Part shown: positions 52,041 through 64,000 of the stretch, in pieces
Layout of the letters: every line of letters starts with the position of its first letter
Position numbering within the stretch: the stretch's first letter is position 1
NCBI GenBank assembly: GCA_951406725.2
Contig: OX597824.1
Location: 58,218,001-58,282,000, forward strand
Direction of reading: 5' to 3'
Length of the DNA: 64,000 nt
Source of the DNA: Octopus vulgaris
Taxonomy: Eukaryota
The notes under the pieces: model-generated
Database searches by the model: none
What the model saw: only the letters and a program-made list of their open reading frames with translations
What the model was told of the DNA's origin: nothing
Program-made: the position numbers and the translations under genes

Positions 52041-52090
52041 ATGATAGTGGTGGTGGTGATGATGATGATGAATGACGATGATGATGATGA
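51858..52090. repeat. (GAT/GGT)n compound trinucleotide repeat
   Basis: Direct reading. Confidence 0.9.
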
Positions 52091-52349
52091 ATGGACTAGC
52101 GCAGTTTTTCTGCTGTTATTTTGGCTCCAACACTTTACTGCTTCCTACTTATTTTCATAACTTGTTATAAGGTATCGTTACTATAGCAATAGCAGCAGAG
52201 GCAGCAGTAGTAGCAGCATAGTTAATGCTTGCAGCAGTAGAAAAAGCGACCGTTGTACCTTTAGCAGAAGCAGCAGTAGTACTGAGTGAATTTTCACAGC
52301 AGCGACCTTTCTGGTACACTTCCTTAACATTCCATACAGTCCCAGATCA

Positions 52350-52985
52350 AATGGCTTCTAATACTTAATATACGAAGAGTAGATCAGCTAAAGCTTAGAT
52401 CAGCCTTGCATTAAGGACTTAGTTGAATCATACAGCTAGGTCCAGATGAATCATGTAGCTGTACCTTAGTTAGGCTACACACCTAAGTCTCAGTTAAGCC
52501 ACACTGTTTAGGATCAGTTAGGCCCTCCAACTAATCCTTTGAGCCTTACTGCTGGGATTCAGTTGGAGTTATGAGAATAGCCATGTTAAACTTTTAAAAT
52601 TACATTACACTACACAACATATTGGGTAAAATAAATCGAGAGAAATTGCATCTAACGAAGAGGATGTGATGGTCACGACTGGAATATCTTTGAGATCAGA
52701 GTTCTGACCGATCAACGACAGCAACAGTAACATTGATTGAAATGATTCCGTACAGTTTATATTAAGATATATTTTGAGAATGCAGTATGTAGCACAGACT
52801 GAAGTAATGGCTTCTAACCCCTTTCTTGGACTTAATATAGGAAGAGTAAATCAGCTAAAGCTTAGATGAACGGTGCATTAAAGTTTATAGTTGGGCTATA
52901 CACTTAAGCTTCAGTTAAGCCACACTACTAAGGATCAATTAAGTTTTACAACTAATCTCTTGCTGAACCATACAGCTAAGACTTA
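52350..52985 (+). repeat. Local direct duplication (~52350-52560 and ~52806-52985) built from ~27-bp subunits
   Basis: AATGGCTTCTAA..ACTTAATATA.GAAGAGTA.ATCAGCTAAAGCTTAGAT..TGCATTAA and TCAGTTAAGCCACACT..AGGATCA occur in both copies. Confidence 0.8.
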
Positions 52986-53122
52986 CGTGCGCCATGCAAT
53001 ATTTACTTGAAACCATTACGTTTTGAGTTCAAATTTCGCCTCTGGTGACTTCGCTCGATATTTATGAACTTTTGTCATATTCCTATATGAATATACAAGG
53101 AATATCTAACTAAACGGTTAAC

Positions 53123-53277
53123 AGGTGCAGGCGTGGCTGTATGGTAAGGAGTTTGCATCCCAAGATTCAGGTCCACTGCGTGGCACTATGGGCAAGTGCC
53201 TTCTGCGATAACCTCAGGCCGACCAGAGCCTTGTGAGTAGATTTGATAGAAAGACGCCTGTCGTGTGTGTTTATGTT

Positions 53278-53327
<50 letters not shown>

Positions 53328-53515
53328 CGTGTGTGTGTGTGTGCGTGTGTGTATATGTATGTGCGTCCGCCACTGCTGCTTGACAACCGGTGCTGTTGTT
53401 TTTAGGGTCGAACAGAAGTACCAGACTGGAGTGGATTCGCTCGACTAAAATTCAAAGGCGTTGTCCTAGCATGGTCGCAGTCTAATGACTGAAATAAGTA
53501 TAAGAATAAAAGAAT
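53123..53515 (+). mobile_element. SINE family B, near full length
   Basis: GGTGCAGGCGTGGCTGTATGGTAAG head, CCACTGCGTGGCAC.TGGGCAAGTG, internal (TG)n, and tail GCATGGTCGCAGTCTAATGACTGAAA..AAGAATAAAAG. Confidence 0.85.
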
Positions 53516-54399
53516 ATCTTCAAGTATGACGACTGCGGAATATACCCTTGTAAAGCTAATGTGGCATTTCTGAAGACATCTAGGTTTGTTATTGTTATTT
53601 AACACAACGGCAACGATACTCGAGTACAATTATGATCGAGTACAAAAATGAGATGGTCACTCCAGTCGTGACCATCTCATTTTTAGTGGTACGCTGGCCT
53701 TATACACGATAGTTGAGTGTAATTTGAAGGACATTAATTTTTTTGTGGCAGGTCGGTGGACGACATTGAAGTTCTCTCATTCGCTATGCATCTAGGCTAA
53801 GTCACTGGGGTGACACTCATTCATGCGCCGGATAAATATATTGTATAAAAGTAATTAACAACGTGAGGAATGCACAGATTAATTATAAACCACAAAGGCT
53901 CTTTAAATACTCAGTGTATTACATGGCTTCCGGCTGAGACTGTCATCTGATTGAGTTCGCTCGGTATGGCTCGGTTCAATCATACCAGCCATCATAATTC
54001 CGCATAGTGTTCAGGAAGTCAATTGGGCAACATCCCATTTCGGTGAAGAGTTAGATAATAAACAGCCTACCCGTACATACCCACCCTAAATGTCCATAGA
54101 AGTCTAAAATTAATAAGATCTGGCTTTGTCAATCAAAACATCTCTCAACCTCTCTACTGACAAATATATATATATATATAAATAAAGATAGATATTCAGA
54201 TTGATAGATAGATAGATAGATAGATAGACACACACTTGCATACATACATACACACATACATGCATATATGCATACATACATACATACATGCATGCATACA
54301 TACATATACACACATACATACACATTTAAATATTATAAATTCTCAATATAAGTGTAATTAGAATATAAACCCATTCTTTCTGTTATGTGCAAAAAAACG

Positions 54400-55330
54400 A
54401 AGGTGGAATTCCTATTCTTGGATCATTTCCTGGTTTGTTGACCGCTACTCCGAGATGTACTGGGCTCCGTTCCTCAATCAACAACAGTGATAAGCGTCGT
54501 CAAACATCAGCTCCAGGAGTTTGGTGTGCAACCAATTAATAGACCTGTACAGCAGTCCGGATTCAACAAAAGAACGGGTGCTAATTCTTTAAAGACCCTC
54601 GTATATGATATTTCAAATTATATTTAAGCTATAATGAAGTACTTAACATTTTGCGTACTGATTTTTCCACTCTTTTCTATGTATGTGCATTTCTATGTAC
54701 GGATATTAGAAGGAGGTCTCTGTAGTTATACTGACGAGGCCTCCTTGATTATAATACACATATTGTTTCAAGCATTTAAGTAAAGATCAATATCTGCTGC
54801 TCCATTTTCACATTTTTTTCAATATTATGGAGCTTCTGAAATGATTCCTGTGTAGAGAGTGATACCATCAGTATTATTTGTGTATGTTGTTGCGCCTGGA
54901 ATGAAGCCGTCTCCTTTGTTTTTATCAAGTGAATCGTGGATGGCTTTGACCATGCTGGTATTAAATAGCAAGGGAGCAAGTGTCTTGCCTTGCAAAGCAT
55001 CTGCACTGGTTTCGAAAATGCCAGTGTCTCTGTCAGGTGATTGTGTGTTCTTGTATCGAGTATATCGGTTCGTGTACTCATGTAGAGCATTGTTTCTGCT
55101 GCATGAGGTATGTCATTTTAAAGAAGAATTTGGTCCATGTTTACATCAAATGCTGAAGCCAAAAGTGTACAAACAATAAGATTTCCCGTAGATTTTTTGC
55201 CTTGAGTTTCTCAATGTTTCTTCCAATAGGTAAGGATCTGTCAAGTAGTTGACTGATTCTTCCTGAATCCGTTTTCGGTTACTTTGTAAGACCACGAGTT
55301 CTGACTGAAACAAGTAATACAATATTGTCT
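54400..55330 (-). mobile_element. RTE-clade LINE reverse-transcriptase relic
   Basis: Minus-strand SPDRDTGIFETSADALQGKTLAPLLFN matches RTE SPDGDT.FF.I.AGVLQGDTLAPxLF. Downstream TDGITL lies at the F/YADD position. Confidence 0.75.
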
Positions 55331-55432
55331 GTGACTGTGTGGTTCTTTAGACAAATATAGATATCCATCCATGTGTATGTATGTGAGTCTATATGTTTGT
55401 ATGTATGTATGTATATATGTATGTATGTATGT

Positions 55433-55482
<50 letters not shown>

Positions 55483-55593
55483 TTATGGACAGATATATAA
55501 ACGCGCCCTTGCACATATATATTTGCAGAAAACCCTCGATATTGTATAATGTCCTTTTGCGTGTATATATATTACCAATATTTAGAGACCAAG

Positions 55594-55633
<40 letters not shown>

Positions 55634-55654
55634 TAGATAGATAGATAGATAGAT

Positions 55655-55757
<103 letters not shown>

Positions 55758-55933
55758 GCATTAAAATACTGAAATTTCTTGAATTGTAATTCTGAGTTTT
55801 GCGCTGCTGGTTTTTCAGTGTATTCGTTAAAATAATCGGTAACGTGAAGTTCAATCAACTAATATGTGTTTATATATATATATATATATACACACAACAG
55901 ATATGCATATACATACATACATACATACATACA

Positions 55934-55965
<32 letters not shown>

Positions 55966-56180
55966 CATACCCTTGCTCTCGCTTGCTGTGTGTTTGTGTG
56001 TGTGTATATATATACATATATGCAAGTCTCCTGTATATTAGAAAATTTCTCTGAATCTGTGATGAAATATTTTCCGATTCTTGGTCTGTCTTTCTTTCTT
56101 TCTCTCTCATCTGAGAGTAAGCAAGTTATAAAATCTAATTTCAGATCAAATTTCTCGAATAAAAACAATGCAATTCCTCG

Positions 56181-58581
<2,401 letters not shown>

Positions 58582-58794
58582 TAATACCCAGTCTCCCACG
58601 ATTGTGTGGGAAGGGGTGTCCAGAGAAAACAACAGGGTGACTCTTCGATACTCGCCATCACACCAGTGTTTTCAACGGTCTGAAGCCATGCCAGTTTGGA
58701 ACACTCTGTGAGGCTATTCGGCATGTTAGAAATAGATGTCACAATTTAAATCGGAAACAATTCTGGCCTTGTGTTGTTGCTACTCAGGAAAGGA

Positions 58795-59000
58795 AGGTTT
58801 CAAATTTTGGCACAAGTCCAGCAATTCCGTGGGAGGGGTAAGTCGATTACATCGAACCCAGTACTCAACTGGCATTTATTTTATCGAACCCAAAAGGATG
58901 AAAGTAAAATCGATCTCGGCGAAATTAGAACTCAGAAAGTGAAGACGGATGACATGTCGCTAAGCATTTCACCTGTCGTACTTACGATTATGTCAGCTCA
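58795..59000 (-). mobile_element. SINE family A
   Basis: TTTTATCGAACCCAAAAGGATGAAAG..CTCGGCGAAATTAGAACTCAGAA is the reverse complement of family A. Confidence 0.85.
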
Positions 59001-59451
59001 AAATAATAAAATCAAGCATGGGATATTGAGGGATGAAATAACTTTTATCATAGATCCCGTAGGTATCATTTAGCCAATAAAAAGAATTGACTATTTAGGA
59101 TCATTCAACAGAATTGACAAGATTTATGTATGATTTGAATTGTAACTGTGTGACCAGTATCATAGCTTTTGGCTTCCATTATTATCCACCTGATGGTGAA
59201 TAACAGCAACGAACAAATCTATGATAATACATTATTACACATATTCGGACAAGCCAGGTAAAAGGCTTACAAACTCAGTTGTCGTTAGTTGGCAGTATGT
59301 TGTAAGTATTCATCCACAAGTCAATCAATATATGATTACATGTAGACAAACCTATCTACCTACCTATCTGTCTGTTTATCTGTCTGTCTGTCTGTATATC
59401 TATTATATCATTATATTTATCTATATGTATATCTGTATATCTATCTATCTA

Positions 59452-59506
<55 letters not shown>

Positions 59507-59673
59507 ACTAACTAACTAACTAACTAACTAACTCCACATATAAACACATACATGGTGGTTGTCTACTTTTTATGCAGAGTCTGACTGATCCATCATGGCG
59601 TCTGATGTGACTTTTTAAACCAGAATGACAACTTTCATTTACTCAAGATATCCTTGGCCTGAAGAATAGCCTG

Positions 59674-59706
<33 letters not shown>

Positions 59707-59707
59707 C

Positions 59708-59774
<67 letters not shown>

Positions 59775-60394
59775 CACATACATACTTACATACATGCACA
59801 AATGTTTTACACACGTTTCTATTGATCACGCAATCGCTTATGTTGTTGCTATAATGTTGAACTCAGTGCGATAGGATAACAAAACACTCATTAAGTATGT
59901 AGTGTATCTCATTACAGTTAGATAGAACAATTTATTTGGGAGCTAAGTGTCTTAAACTTCACCAGAATTCGAATCCTTACTCTGTAAGGTTCTCGGGAAT
60001 CTTCCCTATTCAAGTATTTGCTTTCTTGTTTCTTACCCTTCATCTCCCTTTCTCTCTTTATTCCAATCCTCTTCTTAGTCTCTTTTACGCTACTCTCTCT
60101 GTTTTGTAGCTTAATCGCTTAGTTATAAATAAGTCACCTACAGAAAACCTAACAAGGAAACTATACTATATCCACAATCATTCTAACCACTCCTTCCAGT
60201 CATAAGATCCTTGGCGAATCTCTAACATGACTTGCCAGAAAGATATGCTGTAAACACTGAAATTTTTTTAACAATGTTCGAAATGAAAGAGGATACAAAT
60301 AAAATATTCATTGCATATGCAATTAAAACGCAAAGCCATCAATATGTGTGTGCGTATATAAATATAAATATATATAATGCACGCGGATCGTGTC

Positions 60395-61190
60395 AGGAAA
60401 AAAAATCTCCCCAATATTGAAACGCATCCCCCCCAACACTAAAAAATATTATAATCTGTTCAATAAGAATAATGTAGTATTCAGTAATAGCTGTACGTAA
60501 AATATTGCAACCTCCATAGCTAGTATTTATAGAAATACTTAAGAGGATTATGAATAAGCCAAACGATGCACCTCAGTTTAAATACTCCAACATCATACTC
60601 CATAATCTGAACAACAGTTGGCGTATGAAGGCACTGGTGTCTCCATCCAAAATAATTTCACCAAACAGGAATGAGAAGAATTATATGGACCTCGCCAAAA
60701 AATATTCTCGGCACCATACACACTCAGGACACCCATTTGTTATCTTAATACACTCTAATTTGAAGGAGGAGTGATTCAAAAACACTAACATAACCTGGTC
60801 TCTTTTAAAAATTGCATGTCTGTAGCTAAGGAGTCAAGAAATGTGTACTTATAGTACCTGCTTGAAAAATATAACATATTTATGCAAATAATCAAGGCAT
60901 TGAAAAAGAAATTTGCGCTCAGATGCCTGCCACAGAGACTCTTCCAGTGGCAAACAGAATACTATCAATCAAGTTGAAAATCGGAGCAACATGATATTGA
61001 GGATATCTACCGAGAAATAATTACTACCATGTGGATTCATTAACCAACTACATTCTAGAATATTGACCGAGTAACAGATACGATGAACATATTGTGCCGC
61101 GAAGCCTAATATTAAGAACTAGACTTCTGGGTCTGTGAAACACCGGAACTTTCAGTACTTTTTATCCTGTTCGTAAACCTGAAAGCTTAC
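60395..61190 (+). mobile_element. Penelope-like element relic (linker, endonuclease, 3' region with hammerhead-like remnant at ~61080-61150)
   Basis: KKYYNLFNKNNVVFSNSCT*NIATSIAS (cf. KLHKIFNRNTVKVSYSCMPN), NITWSLLK and LEKYNI. Confidence 0.6.
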
Positions 61191-61244
61191 AAACACACAT
61201 ATTTGTATGTGAGTGTATGAGTGTGGTTGTGTACACAACCATAC

Positions 61245-61284
<40 letters not shown>

Positions 61285-61774
61285 AATAGCTTTTATGTTT
61301 CATATTTTCTAAATTGGCAACAATAAAGTTCCTACATTCATATTCGAACCTTATGTACATGTGTCTGTGTGTGTGTGTGTTTGTATGAGTGTGTATGTAC
61401 AGATAGAGGGTGAAAGAAAGAAAGGGGTAGATAGAAATGTGTATGCACGCCGCGCGTGTGTGCGGATAACTACGCAATTAAATCCATGCTGTAATTTCAG
61501 GCATACTTATCGATAATTATTATTTTTGAAACATTCCAAACTCTGCTAACCATCCACCACCAGTCGTCAGTATCCGTTCGGTTATCTACACGAAACCCTG
61601 CAAGAGATCTAATTACATAATCACACTTTATTGTGGACTCAACATACTTTTAACACAGGCATGTAGTAATCACTTTGAAACTTGCACGTGTCAACCAGAA
61701 TACACACAATTATCTTCCTCTCTCTCTTTTTATCTCTCTCTCTCCTTTTGAAAGTATGTATGTAGGCATACATA

Positions 61775-61965
61775 TTGGTTTCCAATTTTTGCACAATGCC
61801 AACAATTTCGGAGAAGGGGTAAGTTGATTACACTGACACCAGTACTCAACTGGAACTTGGACCCTGAAAGGATGACAGCAGCAGAATTTGAATTCGGAAC
61901 GTTAAGACAGACGAAATGCCACGAAACATTCTGTCCGCCGTGCTAACGATTGTCAGCTCACTGCC

Positions 61966-61968
<3 letters not shown>
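61775..61968 (-). mobile_element. SINE family A, with internal deletion
   Basis: GGAACGTTAAGACAGACGAAATGCC..GTGCTAACGATT.TCAGCTCACTGCC is the reverse complement of the family A head. Confidence 0.8.
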
Positions 61969-62045
<77 letters not shown>

Positions 62046-62785
62046 TTAGGTCGTCAAGTATGAAATTTGTGGTAAGGTATATGGTAAACTTTGACAGCTG
62101 TTCATTTTGCGCCATTATTATATTTTGACAATCTTTATTTTTTTGTTAGAAAGCTGACACATTTATTTCTTTATTCTAACTCACTTTGCGCTTTGTAAAG
62201 TATTTATAAATCGTTTTTGGTATTTTTGTTTAGAGATGGATAAGTCGAAAAGTCGTACCGTTTTGAAATTTCTTTCTTCGGAATACAGCATCACAGACAG
62301 CTCGGAATATTTATGGAGTATTTCATTCTAATGTTATTTTATAATGTTATTACACAGCAGAGAGTATCAAATTGGTTTGCAAAATTTCGTTCTGGTAACT
62401 TTGACCTCACAAAACAAAATTCATCAAAAGAAGCTTATGGTGTGTGTTTGGTGGTCTGGCGCAGGTGTGATCCATTATGATTTCATTAAACCTGGCTCAT
62501 CAATCACGGCCAAAGTATACTGCAGCCACTTTGACCAAATGATGCAGGAACTTCGAAAAAAACAGCCTAGATTAGTCAACAGATCCACTCCAATTTTATT
62601 GCAAGACAGCGCCAGAAAACACATCGCAAAAATGACATTGGCGAAACTACAGGAGCTGGAGTTGGAAGTTATCCACCATCCACCATACTCACCTGATCTT
62701 CTCCCACTGACTATCACTTCTTCCAGAAATTGGATAACGTTTTGATAGAGAACAAATTAAATTCTGACGATGCTGTCTGAAAGCT
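62046..62785 (+). mobile_element. mariner (DD34D) transposon, internally deleted transposase pseudogene
   Basis: ATG at 62236 (MDKSK), KFRSGNFDL, then KLMVCVWWSGAGVIHYDFIKPG..ILLQDSARKH..HPPYSPDL, and (frameshifted) PTDYHFF. The right TIR is absent. Confidence 0.9.
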
Positions 62786-62944
62786 GGGCCTGTCGTCAAT
62801 GGTATTTTAACCACAATTTGGAACCAAATTTACAGTCCCAATGACTGTGTAACGGCTTCCACATTGTCCCTTGTGTTAGATTTTGCGTATATTTCTGTGC
62901 GTATCTACAGTTATATGTACATGAAATATATATTATATATGCAT

Positions 62945-62984
<40 letters not shown>

Positions 62985-63303
62985 GTTATATATATATGTA
63001 TATATATATATATATATACATGTATGTAAATATTATATATATACATATATGTATACGTGCACACACATACATACACACACACAAATACACACATACATAC
63101 ACACACGCACATTATGTATTGCATACAAATTACATATCCTCTTCACTTAAAAATGCTTTTGACATGCAACTTCTTTTCTTAATTTTTCAGTTTGAAAGAC
63201 GAAACTTGCGGATATGAAGTGAGGAATTCAAGCAATGTAACGCATGTAAGTCATTTTAGAGATTCATTATATCTATCTATATGTATATCTGTATATCTAT
63301 CTA

Positions 63304-63376
<73 letters not shown>

Positions 63377-63443
63377 GTGTCTGTATGTCTGTCTCTCTCT
63401 GTCACTCTCTCTCTCTCCACACACACACACACACATACATAAA

Positions 63444-63696
63444 CTTGCTTTCCAACCACATGGTTCCAGGTTCAATCCCACTGCGTGGCACCTTCGGCTA
63501 GAGGTTTGTGCTATAGCCTCGAGCCAACCCAAGCCCTCTGAGTGGATTTGGTAGGCGAAAACTGAAAGAAACCCGCCGTATATATATATATATATATACA
63601 AAGAATAAGTCCCGGGGTCGATTTGTTCGACTAAAGGTGGTGCTCCAGCATGGCCGCAGTCACATGACTGAAACAAGTAAAAGAGTAAAAGAGTAA
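63444..63696 (+). mobile_element. SINE family B
   Basis: TTGCTTTCCAACCACATGGTTCCAGGTTCAATCCCACTGCGTGGCACC...GTGCTCCAGCATGGCCGCAGTCACATGACTGAAACAAGTAAAAGAG. Confidence 0.9.
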
Positions 63697-63751
<55 letters not shown>

Positions 63752-64000
63752 ATCTTATATATCTTTCTTAATCTATCTATGTGTCTCTCTACACACCGTT
63801 CTTTCTCTGTTACCTTACTTCTAAGCATCGGGACTAATTGCATATATGTTCTCCTTTATGCACGTTGCTCGTACACATATTGTCCTCTGGGTTTATTCTT
63901 ACCTCTATCAATATTCACCAGTTTCATCGAATTCCTTCTGAACCCTATTTATCATTACATCCCATTAATATATCAACTTTAAATCCTTCCCTCGTTGCCT

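Noticed and set aside
51857-52160. Gly/Asp-rich and Met/Val-rich ORFs
   Set aside because: Simple (GAT/GGT)n repeat.
62344-62745. Functional or domesticated (SETMAR-like) transposase gene
   Set aside because: Large internal deletion, frameshifts, no right TIR and no exon structure; it is a dead mariner copy.
62764-62790. CTGACGA...GAAA hammerhead-like string
   Set aside because: It lies in the mariner coding remnant (NSDDA) and has no stems or cleavage triplet.

Overview
AT-rich, microsatellite-saturated animal genomic DNA whose repeat content (tRNA-derived SINEs, CR1/L2-like and RTE LINEs, Penelope-like elements, mariner/pogo/hAT/Helitron relics) looks like a coleoid cephalopod, probably Octopus (inference from repeat families). 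The only convincing host coding sequence is one terminal exon at 27323-27842 (+). It is entered through a phase-2 acceptor, carries a long Asn/His/Gln insertion and ends in ...MLSDYQSL*, which resembles exon 2 of a Six1/2 (sine oculis) homeobox gene. On that reading, 1-27322 is part of a >27 kb intron and the rest is 3'UTR plus gene-poor downstream DNA. Nearly all other ORFs in the track are artefacts of simple repeats or dead transposons. The most notable non-obvious structure is a set of minimal type-I hammerhead-ribozyme motifs linked to Penelope-like elements, including a divergent inverted pair at 38.3-38.7 kb. There are also several long inverted repeats (1.9-2.2, 31.3-32.5, 38.3-38.7 and 56.2-58.6 kb) that could form dsRNA. 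All family assignments come from reading motifs by eye; no database search was run.
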